Below, in pieces: positions 1-9,823 of a stretch of 64,000 nucleotides of DNA; position 1 is the stretch's first letter, and each line of letters starts with the position of its first letter. Made by a program: the position numbers and the translations under genes. Location: the NCBI GenBank assembly GCA_018970395.1, contig JAGWWM010000007.1:14839-78838 (forward strand), given 5' to 3'. This DNA is from Bacteroidota bacterium (GTDB lineage: Bacteria; Bacteroidota; Bacteroidia; Chitinophagales; Chitinophagaceae). Below the pieces are notes generated by a model that did no database searches, was not told the origin of the DNA, and saw only the letters and a program-made list of their open reading frames with translations.

Positions 1-239
1 GTTGGCCAGGAAGGATCTGTTATTTTTTCTGCATAAACAATCGGATGACCGGGGGTTGAGAAAATTTCCGCCTTATCTACCCCGGCTTCCAGCAATCGTT
101 TTTGCACCATTTCAGCACAGGCTTTCATATCCGCCGAATGCTCGGATCTTGCGCTAATGGATGGAATTTTCAAGAGCGCGATTAATTCATCTACATAACG
201 CTGACGTTGGGAGAGGTTATAGCTTTTAATATCTGGCAT
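1..239 (-). CDS. M20-family dipeptidase/deacylase, N-terminal part (runs off window)
   Basis: Manual translation of the minus strand from ATG at 239: MPDIKSYNLSQRQRYVDELIALLKIPSISARSEHSADMKACAEMVQKRLLEAGVDKAEIFSTPGHPIVYAEK. The LL.IPSIS...GHPIVYA pattern is typical of M20 dipeptidases. Confidence 0.8.
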   Translation of the reverse strand, partial: MPDIKSYNLSQRQRYVDELIALLKIPSISARSEHSADMKACAEMVQKRLLEAGVDKAEIFSTPGHPIVYAEKITDPSWP

Positions 240-284
240 AGCGGATCAATTTAAGTGGGCGAAAATACACTTTTTAAAATGAAG

Positions 285-2975
285 TTATTGAGGCAAATTA
301 TAAAAGAAACGAGAACGATTGATCCTCAAATCCCTCAACACCGAGGACTTCGGACTGATGGTAATGTTGAAAGAACGAAAAATACCCAACGGCGTAACAT
401 TGATACTCATCTGCCAGCAATGCAAATCGCGCGATACCGAAGCTGTGAGATACTGTATCTGGCGCGTTACAAAATCATAGGATCCCTGTCCCTGTATTTT
501 CCATTTTTCCGTTAGATTAAAATCTCCGTTGAAATTGAGCGACTGCGTAACAAGTGTATTAAATCCGGTGTAATCAGGCTTGAGTTGTCTTGAAACATTC
601 AGCGCATAAGAAAAATTGAGACTCCAGGGAATATTAAAATCGGCATACTCGGTGGGATTTTGCCGAATCATATTTACCTCCCGGTTATATTCATCATAGC
701 CGCTGCTTCTTTCTCGGGTGTATTCCTGTTGCTCTTTTTCTTTCTTTTCATCTTTGGGTTTACTTCTGAAACTGGCATTAATGGCAAGAAAACCACTCAC
801 AAATCTACCGGGTGAAAACTTGCCCCCCTGCCAGGTGTAGGCACGGGTTCTTCTTCCAAAAGCATCCTGCTGATAAGGAGATACAATCGCGTTACCGGTG
901 AGATTAATTATTTGCAAAATATTACTACGGAAATAAATATTGAAATCACTCAACGCAAAAGAATCTGCCAACATATTATACCCGCCGCTAACACCAAAAC
1001 CATCAATCAGCCGAACTTTTTTTACCGCCTCCTCACTGCTGTCTTTTTTATTACGGACTTTCATCTCAATATTATTATCCAGCGTAAAACTTACAAAACC
1101 CGATTCTCCCTCCGACAATCCTCCAAACAAGGATCCCTCAAACCGATTGAAGCGAAAGCGATTGCCATTCGCATCTACCTGTGTTTCGTACCATTGATCC
1201 CTGGCGAGATCAGGTCTGTAACTCAAGCCAATGGTTGGGCGAATGACATGTCGGATCGCCTGCAACGAACTTTTTTTTCTGAAGTTCAAGGTACCAAATA
1301 GTGCAGTACTCAGATTCAAACCCAAACTCATCTGATTGCCTCTATAAAAGCCTTTGGAAACAGTAGTATCCACTTTATTCTGAATACTATTCCAGCTTCT
1401 CACAAAAGACTGAGCATACCATATTTCTTCATAACTGATGGCAGGCCCAACCTGTAGAAATCCGATAGCCGGCAAAGAAAGCTGAATAGGAATGCTGTGT
1501 CGCGCACCCCATTGAAAAGTGTCAATCAGCTGACGCAAGCTTACGGCACTGTCATAGAAAGAAAACTGATTGCGGAAATTCCCTATATACCCTACCCCAA
1601 GCTTCTCATACCATTTAGCCGACCCCACAAAGGTTTTTTTCTGGAATGGATAAATCGTATTCACTGTAAACCCTACATCAGGCAGACTGATATTATATAG
1701 CCGAGTAAGATTATTCTGATTATGATTGGCATTGACGGTAAGATTATAGGGCTTGCCGACCCAGGTTTTTTGATAGGAAATACTTGAATTCAACGCATTG
1801 TTAAAGTTTTGCTGTGGCACGTTGGCCAAATACTGATTAAAGAGTGTCGTTGCGATATTCACGCTGGCACTGAAGTTTTGTCCCGGTCTTGCTTTCCCGT
1901 CCACGGAATGATTCCATTGCAATGAAAAACTTCGGGTGGGTGGCTGGTAATCGGGGTCTCCTTCAAAGCCAAATTTGTTACTCAGAAAACTCAAATTGAA
2001 AGCGCCATTGTAACGATATCTCTTTCGGTAATTGGGATTAAGAAACACATTCCATGATCCATAGGAATAGATGTTACCACGCAGGGTAACATCCCAGTAA
2101 TCCCCCAGAGCTTTATAATAACCCATTCCTTCCAATCCTAAGCCCAGTTGCTGATTGACGGTAAACTGCGGAATAATCAACCCTGTTCTTCTTCCCTGTT
2201 TCAAAGGGAATAGTCCGAATGGTAAACCTATCGGGATAGGCACTCCTTCAAATTCAGGACGAACAAATCCGGTAACCGCCACTTTTTCACTAACCATCTT
2301 TACTCTTCTGGCCCGAAAAGCAAAATGCGGCGTATCAAAATTACAGGAAGTAAAGCGCGCCTTGCCCGCAAAATAAGTATCAGGCGTTATTCTTTTAACC
2401 CGTTGACCATACACAAACATTTCCCCCTCCTGCGTATAAGTGCCGCTGGTCAATCCTCGTTGACTTTTAAAATTATACCGAATGGTATCGCTGGTAAATG
2501 CTTTATCTCCCTGTTTAAAAGTGGGGGTTCCCACCTGGCGGTTGGCAGAATCCTTTACGGGATAAGCAGTGAGTATCTGTGAATTTTGATCGACCTGAAT
2601 AACAGCGGATTTCAGTTGAATATCTTTGTAATCTATTTTCCCATCGTTGTATAAAAAGATTTTCTCCGATCTTAAATCCACCACGACGGAGTCGGTTGCC
2701 GAATACTTTACCGGCTCATCAATGGAATCTTTAGCCATTTTGAAGGCAATCGTATCAGTTGCAGGAAGAATCGTATCCTTCATTGGGAAAAACAGGCTTC
2801 CCTTCCCTTCAGCTTTACACCCCCAATGCCCCTCTCCTGCTCGGACAGGATTTGAACCGGCCAACGAAAGAACAATACAAGTGAACAAGCACCACTCCCA
2901 ACAAAAAAAAATATTTTTAACTTTGACTTGCCGCAACATAATAATTAGCGGCAAAAATAGTTTCTTTTTAGGCAA
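285..2975 (-). CDS. lptD: Putative LPS-assembly protein LptD (Bacteroidota type)
   Basis: 896-aa ORF with an N-terminal OstA-like region (PVKYSATDSVV), beta-barrel-like alternation and the C-terminal RDLHCWQMS motif. True start may be 2939. Confidence 0.8.
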   Translation of the reverse strand: MPKKKLFLPLIIMLRQVKVKNIFFCWEWCLFTCIVLSLAGSNPVRAGEGHWGCKAEGKGSLFFPMKDTILPATDTIAFKMAKDSIDEPVKYSATDSVVVDLRSEKIFLYNDGKIDYKDIQLKSAVIQVDQNSQILTAYPVKDSANRQVGTPTFKQGDKAFTSDTIRYNFKSQRGLTSGTYTQEGEMFVYGQRVKRITPDTYFAGKARFTSCNFDTPHFAFRARRVKMVSEKVAVTGFVRPEFEGVPIPIGLPFGLFPLKQGRRTGLIIPQFTVNQQLGLGLEGMGYYKALGDYWDVTLRGNIYSYGSWNVFLNPNYRKRYRYNGAFNLSFLSNKFGFEGDPDYQPPTRSFSLQWNHSVDGKARPGQNFSASVNIATTLFNQYLANVPQQNFNNALNSSISYQKTWVGKPYNLTVNANHNQNNLTRLYNISLPDVGFTVNTIYPFQKKTFVGSAKWYEKLGVGYIGNFRNQFSFYDSAVSLRQLIDTFQWGARHSIPIQLSLPAIGFLQVGPAISYEEIWYAQSFVRSWNSIQNKVDTTVSKGFYRGNQMSLGLNLSTALFGTLNFRKKSSLQAIRHVIRPTIGLSYRPDLARDQWYETQVDANGNRFRFNRFEGSLFGGLSEGESGFVSFTLDNNIEMKVRNKKDSSEEAVKKVRLIDGFGVSGGYNMLADSFALSDFNIYFRSNILQIINLTGNAIVSPYQQDAFGRRTRAYTWQGGKFSPGRFVSGFLAINASFRSKPKDEKKEKEQQEYTRERSSGYDEYNREVNMIRQNPTEYADFNIPWSLNFSYALNVSRQLKPDYTGFNTLVTQSLNFNGDFNLTEKWKIQGQGSYDFVTRQIQYLTASVSRDLHCWQMSINVTPLGIFRSFNITISPKSSVLRDLRINRSRFFYNLPQ

Positions 2976-2998
2976 CTAAACCCATCAAAAATACATTT

Positions 2999-3955
2999 AT
3001 GAAGAACTGGATTTTTTCAATACTGATCATAATCTGTCTAGGACTAATAACCATTTCCTTTACATACCGTCCGGAATTCAATCAGGGCGCTGGTAAGATC
3101 AATACCATTATTATTGATGCCGGTCACGGATTTAAAGGATCTCTCACTGCAAGGGATGGGGCGATGGGATTTGAAGGAACAGAGGATGAAATTTCATATG
3201 AAGTAAGCAAGAAGGTTGTAGCAGAAATTGAAAAACAAATGCCCGGTGTAAAAGTACTGGAATCCAGACCTACTCCTTATTTCGTAACGCTGAAACAAAG
3301 ATCTGACTTCGCGAACAGCAACAAGGGAAATCTTTTTGTCTCCATTCATTGCAATTATGCGCCTAAAATTAGAGAAGTCGTGAAAGAAGGAACCCGTCAG
3401 GAAACCTATTATGTAAAATCGGGCAAAAAAGGGAAAAAAGTCAAAAAGACAAGACAGGTTCCTAATTATAAAACTTATTCACAATCGAATCCCGCACATG
3501 GGACTGAAACGTACGTTTTTGCCGCTCATAAAACAGAAGATAAAGAAGACATCATCATGGAGAACGGGGATATTTTTCAAAATGAAAAAGATGATGAAAC
3601 CCTCAACGTCAATATCAATGATCCCGTCGTTAAACAACAGGTTGCCCTTTGGACCAAGCAGTTCTTTGCGGGCAGTGTCAAATTAGCCAGTTTGGTTGAA
3701 GAAGAATTTGTAAAAATCGGCAGAGCCAGTCGTGGTGTCAAACAAAGACAAAAAGGAATCTGGGTATTACAGGCAACCGCCATGCCTAGCATTTTAATCG
3801 AATTAGGTTTTCTATCTCATCGGGAAGAAGAAGCTTTTCTCATGAGTCAGGAAGGTCAGCAGATGATGGCCGAAAGTATAGCCGGCGCCATTAAAAAATA
3901 CAAGGATATTGTAGAAAAAAACAATCACACCACTTCGGTTTCTGCTAAGCAATAA
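2999..3955 (+). CDS. N-acetylmuramoyl-L-alanine amidase (Amidase_3)
   Basis: Zinc and catalytic motifs IDAGHG, SIHCN and PSILIELGFL; signal peptide. Confidence 0.92.
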   Translation: MKNWIFSILIIICLGLITISFTYRPEFNQGAGKINTIIIDAGHGFKGSLTARDGAMGFEGTEDEISYEVSKKVVAEIEKQMPGVKVLESRPTPYFVTLKQRSDFANSNKGNLFVSIHCNYAPKIREVVKEGTRQETYYVKSGKKGKKVKKTRQVPNYKTYSQSNPAHGTETYVFAAHKTEDKEDIIMENGDIFQNEKDDETLNVNINDPVVKQQVALWTKQFFAGSVKLASLVEEEFVKIGRASRGVKQRQKGIWVLQATAMPSILIELGFLSHREEEAFLMSQEGQQMMAESIAGAIKKYKDIVEKNNHTTSVSAKQ

Positions 3956-4016
3956 CCGAACAGCACTTGTTCCATAATCTTTGATTGCTGTTAGGTTGGC
4001 AAGCTGAAACATTTCA

Positions 4017-4024
4017 TACATTTG
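4017..4024 (+). promoter_or_regulatory. Bacteroidota -7 promoter element for the mlaD-ostA genes
   Basis: TACATTTG matches TAnnTTTG, 44 nt upstream of the ATG at 4069. Confidence 0.6.
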
Positions 4025-4068
4025 TGCGCGACAGCTGTCATGTAAAATGACCTGTATAAATAAAAGGC

Positions 4069-5061
4069 ATGCAAATATCAAACGAAACGAAAGTAGGTGC
4101 ACTTACCGTGATATCCGTAACCCTTCTGGTACTTGGTTATAATTTTTTAAAAGGTAAAACACTTACCAGAAAAACCAATCTCATTTATGCCAGATTCAGT
4201 AATGTAGGCGCTCTTGAAAACTCAAGTCCGGTAAAAATAAACGGATTTAAGATTGGCAATGTATACGACATCAGTGCTGCCAACGAATCAGTGAGTGAAG
4301 TAATCGTTGGCATAAATCTGGAACAGAAAGTACAGATTCCCGAAAATTCCACCGCAACGATCCTCAATAATATTACAGGAACCACTTCCCTTCAAATTGT
4401 ACCCGGCAATTCCAAACAATTGATCAAACTGGGGGATACTCTGTCTTCTAACCCAAATCCGGATATTATGAGCACGATCATGAATAATCTCACGCCGGTA
4501 ATGACTTCGATAAAAACCACTGTTGACTCCTTACAACATACGGTAAAGGCACTGAATCAGATTTTAAATACCACTACTCAAAATCATATCAAAGACATTG
4601 CCGCCAATCTTAATAAATCTTCCGAAAGTCTGAGCATACTGTTAGATGAAAAGGAAGGAAGTCTTGCAAAAACATTAAAAAACACAGAACAATTTACCGC
4701 ACAACTCAATAAAGAATCATCCAACATTCGCAGCATTATATCGAATCTTAAAACCACCAGCGATGAACTGGCAGCAGCGGATATTAAAACTTCTGTAGAA
4801 AGAATTAATGCAACACTTACCGATATCAGAGAAATATTACAGAAAGCTAAATCAAAAGAGGGTAGTCTCGGATTATTGCTCAATGATCCGAAACTCTATA
4901 ACAATCTCCAACAGACCAGTAGAAGTCTGACTATTTTACTCGATGACATCAAAACACATCCCAAAAGATATATCAATGTGTCCGTATTTGGCAAAAAAGA
5001 CAAATCAAAACCATTGGTTGCCCCGCTTGCCGATTCCGCTCAAAACGGTTCTAATGAATAA
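4069..5061 (+). CDS. MlaD/MCE family protein
   Basis: N-terminal ETKVG plus TM helix, GFKIGNV MCE motif, helical region with GSLG.LLND..LYNNL. Confidence 0.9.
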   Translation: MQISNETKVGALTVISVTLLVLGYNFLKGKTLTRKTNLIYARFSNVGALENSSPVKINGFKIGNVYDISAANESVSEVIVGINLEQKVQIPENSTATILNNITGTTSLQIVPGNSKQLIKLGDTLSSNPNPDIMSTIMNNLTPVMTSIKTTVDSLQHTVKALNQILNTTTQNHIKDIAANLNKSSESLSILLDEKEGSLAKTLKNTEQFTAQLNKESSNIRSIISNLKTTSDELAAADIKTSVERINATLTDIREILQKAKSKEGSLGLLLNDPKLYNNLQQTSRSLTILLDDIKTHPKRYINVSVFGKKDKSKPLVAPLADSAQNGSNE

Positions 5062-6664
5062 GTTTATCCAGACTCAATGGTTGTTCATTTTTTATTTTGT
5101 TCCTGCCACCATTTCAGCACAGGGAAGTGAGGGAGATCGCTTGGTTCAGATTCAAAATGCAAACCGATTTTTTTTCCGTTCCAATAATGCAGGGCAACAA
5201 CTTCAAATGATGGCCGGGAACGTACGCATGATTCAGGGAAGAACTATTTTTCAGGCGGACAGTATCGTGTATAATGAACAAACTCTTTTTCTGGAAGGTT
5301 TTGGTAACGTACATATCATAGATAAAGATTCCATTCATATTTACTCCAATTATCTGCTCTATGATGGGAAAGAGCGAATGGCACATTTCAAGGATAAGGT
5401 AAAACTTTCAGATGGCAATGGAGTGCTTTATACCGGCCTACTCGATTACGATATGAAAGGCAAATACGGAAGTTATCGGGAGGGTGGCAGAATAGAAACA
5501 GACGGCACTATTCTTACCAGTAAAAGCGGATATTATTACGGAAACGTAAAAAATGTATATTTCTACGGGAATGTAAAAATGGTAAACAGTGAAATGACAC
5601 TGGAGACCGATTCCCTGCTTTACAATACCGGAAGCCGTGTCTCTACTTTCATTGCACCCACCACTATTACCAGCGGCAAATCGGTAGTGCAAACGAAAAA
5701 AGGAAGCTATGATTCAAAAGAAAAAAAAGCCAGATTTGAAGGGAGAGCCAAAATAAAAGACAGCAGCTCGGTACTTGAAGCAAACGATATTCATTTTGAT
5801 GATGCTTCCGGACTGGGGGAGGCAAAAGGAAAAGTATGGTTTAAAGACACGGTACAAAATATTTTACTATCCGGCAATCGCATTTATTTTAATAAAATCA
5901 AAAACAGTTTCTTGGCTACTGAAAAACCTGTGATGGTGATTGTGCAGGAAGAAGATTCCATCTTTGTAGCAGCTGATACTATTTATTCAGGACTGATGGC
6001 AGATCTGCCTTCCGGAAAAGGAAAATATATCCGCCAGTTTGTTGCCCCCTTAAGCATTACACAAAAAAAGGGAACAACTGTTTCTTCGACCGATACGCTT
6101 CGCTTCATTACCGCTTTTAAAAATGTGCGCATTTACAACGACTCCCTTCAGGCGGTGGGTGACAGCTTGTATTACAGCACGGTTGACAGTGTTTTTGAAC
6201 TGTATTACAATCCGGTAGCCTGGAGCAAAGAGAATCAGATTTCCGGCGATACAATGTTCATCAAGACCAGAGATAAAAAGCCGGCAAGAATACAAGTAAT
6301 CAATAATGGCTTCATGATACAGCAGGAAAATCTGAAGGCATCTTTCTACAATCAAATCAAGGGGCGGATCATTGATGGCTATTTTAAGGAAGGGAAGATT
6401 GATAATGTGATTGCTTCCGGCAGCGCCGAGAGCATTTATTTTATTAAGAATGAAGACAGTGCTTATGTTGGCATGAATAAAAGCGCCGCTGATCGGATTC
6501 AGATTTTTTTTGACGGAAGAAGCGCTTACAAGATCAAATTTGACCGCACCATTCAAGGCATCAATTATCCTATCCGAAAAATTCCGGCGGAGGATAAAAA
6601 GTTAAGAGCTTTTGAATGGAAAGAAGCGCGCAGACCCAAAAACAAAAATGAGCTGTTTCAATAA
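5054..6664 (+). CDS. OstA/LptA-like beta-jellyroll periplasmic protein
   Basis: Repeated GNV/ADSI/GDSL beta motifs. ATG at 5054 overlaps the mlaD stop and gives a signal peptide; the ORF-track start at 4943 is probably too long. Confidence 0.8.
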   Translation: MNKFIQTQWLFIFYFVPATISAQGSEGDRLVQIQNANRFFFRSNNAGQQLQMMAGNVRMIQGRTIFQADSIVYNEQTLFLEGFGNVHIIDKDSIHIYSNYLLYDGKERMAHFKDKVKLSDGNGVLYTGLLDYDMKGKYGSYREGGRIETDGTILTSKSGYYYGNVKNVYFYGNVKMVNSEMTLETDSLLYNTGSRVSTFIAPTTITSGKSVVQTKKGSYDSKEKKARFEGRAKIKDSSSVLEANDIHFDDASGLGEAKGKVWFKDTVQNILLSGNRIYFNKIKNSFLATEKPVMVIVQEEDSIFVAADTIYSGLMADLPSGKGKYIRQFVAPLSITQKKGTTVSSTDTLRFITAFKNVRIYNDSLQAVGDSLYYSTVDSVFELYYNPVAWSKENQISGDTMFIKTRDKKPARIQVINNGFMIQQENLKASFYNQIKGRIIDGYFKEGKIDNVIASGSAESIYFIKNEDSAYVGMNKSAADRIQIFFDGRSAYKIKFDRTIQGINYPIRKIPAEDKKLRAFEWKEARRPKNKNELFQ

Positions 6665-6711
6665 AGGGAGAATAGCCCTTGCCATTCTGTGAAAGGAATA
6701 AAAAGTAGCGC

Positions 6712-7869
6712 ATGCCTTTACATTACCTGAAACGTAATTTTATATCACCTCTGCTTGAGTTTATTCATGACAGTCGTGCCATTGGAGTCTGTATTCTTTT
6801 CTGTACAACATTATCTTTAGTAATTAGCAATACCTCTGCCGGTCAAACTTATATTCATTTCTGGGAAACAGAATTTCATCTTCCCAACTTTTTACCCCAC
6901 AGCTTGCTACACTGGATCAATGATGGATTGATGACCTTGTTTTTTTTACTGGCGGGAATGGAAATTAAAAGAGAGATCCTTCAAGGGGAATTATCTTCTT
7001 TTAAAAAAGCGATCATGCCGGCACTCGCTGCAGTTGGCGGCATGGCAGTGCCTGCATTCATTTTTGTGCTCTTTAATTTAGACAAACCAACGGCAGGAGG
7101 ATGGGGCATTCCGATGGCAACGGATATTGCATTTTCGCTGGGTATTGCGTCTTTATTAGGGAAACAGGTTCCCTTAGCTTTAAAAATTTTCTTAACCGCC
7201 TTAGCAATTATTGATGATTTAGGTGCCATACTCGCGATTGCTGTTTTTTACAGCAGTGAGATTCAGTTTGAATACCTGGCAGGTGCATTGTTGTGTTTGA
7301 TTTTTTTATTGATCCGATTAAGGATGAAAAAGAAATTAGGGATATGGAATCTTGTAGCCGGCATTTTGCTTTGGCTCTTTCTGTACCATTCCGGTATTCA
7401 CGCTACAATTGCCGGAGTATTAATCGCATTCACAATTGCGCCTGCCGATTTGATTCAATTAGAAAACCGTTTACACCATCCTGTTAATTTTTTGATTATC
7501 CCATTATTTGTACTGGCAAACAGTGCGATCGTGATTTCAGATAGTTTTTGGTCTGACCTTCCAACGCCGCTAAGCATCGGCATCATCGTTGGTTTATTGC
7601 CGGGTAAACCACTGGGGATTTTTCTTTTTTGTCAATTAGGTATTCGTTTGAAATGGGGAGAACTTCCGGCAGGTATTACCAACCGTCATTTAACCGGTTT
7701 AGGATTGCTGGCATCCATCGGATTTACGATGAGCATCTTCATCAGTCTGCTTGCCTTCCCTTCTTTTGACTATCAAAATATCAGCAAAACTGCAGTAATG
7801 GTAGCGGCTCTTTTAGGTATCTTATTATCAGTGATGTGGTTTAAAGTAGTAGTAGGAAGAAGTCGTTAA
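6712..7869 (+). CDS. nhaA: Na+/H+ antiporter NhaA
   Basis: INDGLM.LFF, PMATDIAF, LAIIDDLGAI and GIGFTMSIFI motifs. Confidence 0.95.
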   Translation: MPLHYLKRNFISPLLEFIHDSRAIGVCILFCTTLSLVISNTSAGQTYIHFWETEFHLPNFLPHSLLHWINDGLMTLFFLLAGMEIKREILQGELSSFKKAIMPALAAVGGMAVPAFIFVLFNLDKPTAGGWGIPMATDIAFSLGIASLLGKQVPLALKIFLTALAIIDDLGAILAIAVFYSSEIQFEYLAGALLCLIFLLIRLRMKKKLGIWNLVAGILLWLFLYHSGIHATIAGVLIAFTIAPADLIQLENRLHHPVNFLIIPLFVLANSAIVISDSFWSDLPTPLSIGIIVGLLPGKPLGIFLFCQLGIRLKWGELPAGITNRHLTGLGLLASIGFTMSIFISLLAFPSFDYQNISKTAVMVAALLGILLSVMWFKVVVGRSR

Positions 7870-8771
7870 GATTTCGGATGCGCTTTGGCATGAATATCCT
7901 TCAGCTTTTCTATGGTATTATGGGTATAAACCTGGGTGGCAGCCAGACTGCTATGTCCCAATAAAGCTTTCACCGCATTTAAATCTGCACCATTGTTCAT
8001 CAAATGAGTCGCAAAACTATGTCGCAATACGTGCGGACTTTTCTTTTCTATGGTGGTCACTAATTCCAGGTATTTTTTTATCAAGTTCTGCACATATCTG
8101 GGATGAAGCGGCTTGCCGTTTTCCTGCACGAGAAAAAAAACACTTTCCACTTGTGGCAAGAATGTCGTTCTTTCTTGTTTGTATTCCGTTAACGCCCGGC
8201 ACAATTCATCCTCCATGGGAATAAACCGTTCTTTATTGCCTTTACCTAAAATCTTAAGCTGCCTTCTGCTCATATCAACCTGTTCATCTTTTAAATTGGT
8301 TAACTCGCTGAGACGCATGCCGGTTGCATAAAAAAGCATGAAGACCATTTTCTCTACCCTGCCCTTCCAGTCGTCCGGGAAAGTTACATAGCTGAATAAT
8401 GTCTCCATATCTTTCTTTTCCACATACACCGGCAGTCGTTTCGATATTTTCGGGGCTACCAGTAATGCGGCAGGATTGGTTTTCACCCAACCTTTTCTCA
8501 ATAGAAAGCGATAAAAAGATTTAACGGCAGAGATTCTGCGATTAATGGATTTTGCACTATGCCCCTGCTCTTTCATGGAAGCAAGCCATCCTCGTATCAT
8601 GGGCGCTTGTATATCCGACAAGCCCTCTGTTTCATATTGCTCCTTTAAAAAAAGAAATAAAAAATTCAAATCTGAAGAATAAGACTCAATGGTCGGCAAA
8701 GCATAGCGTTTTTCAAACCGGAGATAATCCAGGAATGCCAGTACTTCTTGTATTGGTTGAGGTTCAGACAT
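7866..8771 (-). CDS. xerC: Chromosomal XerC/XerD-type tyrosine recombinase
   Basis: Intact catalytic set: TGMRLSEL, GKGNKER, HVLRHSFATH, LGH, TQVYTH. Lies downstream of rpsU as is usual in Bacteroidota. Start at MSEPQ preferred over 8813. Confidence 0.85.
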   Translation of the reverse strand: MSEPQPIQEVLAFLDYLRFEKRYALPTIESYSSDLNFLFLFLKEQYETEGLSDIQAPMIRGWLASMKEQGHSAKSINRRISAVKSFYRFLLRKGWVKTNPAALLVAPKISKRLPVYVEKKDMETLFSYVTFPDDWKGRVEKMVFMLFYATGMRLSELTNLKDEQVDMSRRQLKILGKGNKERFIPMEDELCRALTEYKQERTTFLPQVESVFFLVQENGKPLHPRYVQNLIKKYLELVTTIEKKSPHVLRHSFATHLMNNGADLNAVKALLGHSSLAATQVYTHNTIEKLKDIHAKAHPKS

Positions 8772-8829
8772 GCGAACAGCCGTGAATTTACTTAAAATCC
8801 ACGGCTGTTCCAAAAAGTCTGAAGGGGAA

Positions 8830-9027
8830 TCAAAGTTCTATTTTCCCGCTGGAAATTTGTTGCTTATAAATAGCTTTCAAAATTTCACCTCTTCTTCTTA
8901 CAGAAGGTTTGGTGAATGACTGACGCTCTCTGAGTTGCAAAAGCGTTTTGCTTTTTTCGTACTTTTTCTTGTACTTCTTAAGGGCTCTGTCTATGTTTTC
9001 GCAGTCTTTTGAATCAATGATTAACAT
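8830..9027 (-). CDS. rpsU: 30S ribosomal protein bS21
   Basis: 65 aa, ENIDRALKKYKKK...FTKPSVRRR. Confidence 0.97.
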   Translation of the reverse strand: MLIIDSKDCENIDRALKKYKKKYEKSKTLLQLRERQSFTKPSVRRRGEILKAIYKQQISSGKIEL

Positions 9028-9035
9028 AATGATAT

Positions 9036-9042
9036 ACCTCCC
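9036..9042 (-). promoter_or_regulatory. Strong Shine-Dalgarno sequence of rpsU
   Basis: Minus strand reads GGGAGGT, 8-nt spacer, ATG. Confidence 0.85.
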
Positions 9043-9058
9043 ATTTGTTTTAGGTTGG

Positions 9059-9066
9059 CAAAGATA
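9059..9066 (-). promoter_or_regulatory. -7 promoter element for rpsU-xerC
   Basis: TATCTTTG on the minus strand. Confidence 0.7.
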
Positions 9067-9128
9067 AGGGGTTGTTTTGAAATAGCAAAACTCCCCAAAT
9101 TTTCATGATGTATGGTTAATTTGCAGTC

Positions 9129-9725
9129 ATGTTTACAGGCATAATTGAATCAATGGGTACGATAGAAAGCATCCTGCCCTCGGAAGAAAACCTTTCATTT
9201 ATCATCTCCTCCCCCATTTCAAGGGAATTAAAACCGGATCAAAGCGTTGCCCATAATGGCGTGTGCCTTACTGTTGAATCTGTAGAAGGGAATCAGCATC
9301 GTATTACGGCGGTGAAGGAGACACTCGACAAAACCAATCTCGGAAGCTGGAAAGTCCATGATAAAATCAATCTGGAACGCTGTTTGTCCTTATCCGATCG
9401 CCTGGATGGTCATATTGTGCAGGGACATGTGGACTGCACCGGTATCTGTATTCAAAAATCTGCAGCTGGCGGAAGCTGGGTTTATTCTTTTGAAATTCCG
9501 AAAGAGCATGCCGGATTGATTGTAGAGAAAGGATCCATATGTCTGAATGGCATCAGTTTGACCCTCTTCGATGTGCAAACCCATCAGTTTTCCGTCACCA
9601 TCATCCCCTATACCTTTGAGCATACGTCCATTCAGCAAGTGGAAGTTGGACATCAGGTGAATATTGAGTTTGATATCATTGGGAAATACATCCTCCGAAA
9701 CGAAATTTTACGAACCAGACCGTAA
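9129..9725 (+). CDS. ribE: Riboflavin synthase (alpha chain)
   Basis: N-terminal MFTGIIE, NGVCLTV, GHIVQGHVD, VNIEFD. Confidence 0.96.
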   Translation: MFTGIIESMGTIESILPSEENLSFIISSPISRELKPDQSVAHNGVCLTVESVEGNQHRITAVKETLDKTNLGSWKVHDKINLERCLSLSDRLDGHIVQGHVDCTGICIQKSAAGGSWVYSFEIPKEHAGLIVEKGSICLNGISLTLFDVQTHQFSVTIIPYTFEHTSIQQVEVGHQVNIEFDIIGKYILRNEILRTRP

Positions 9726-9760
9726 ATTCACTATCCCAAAAGTCACCTATTAATCCTATT

Positions 9761-9780
9761 GCCTGTGCCGGCAAGCAGGT
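9761..9780. repeat. Short imperfect palindrome GCCTGTGCCGGCAAGCAGGT
   Basis: TGCCGGCA core flanked by CCTG/CAGG; single intergenic copy. Confidence 0.4.
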
Positions 9781-9823
9781 GTATTTTGCACTTCCAATTA
9801 ATCCATATCCTAAACCCATTACA

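Noticed and set aside
7866-8771. Tyrosine recombinase as a prophage or island integrase
   Set aside because: It has XerC size and the rpsU-linked housekeeping context, with no att repeats or cargo.
9028-9128. FMN riboswitch upstream of riboflavin synthase
   Set aside because: The interval is only about 100 bp, holds the rpsU promoter and SD, and lacks RFN conserved motifs.
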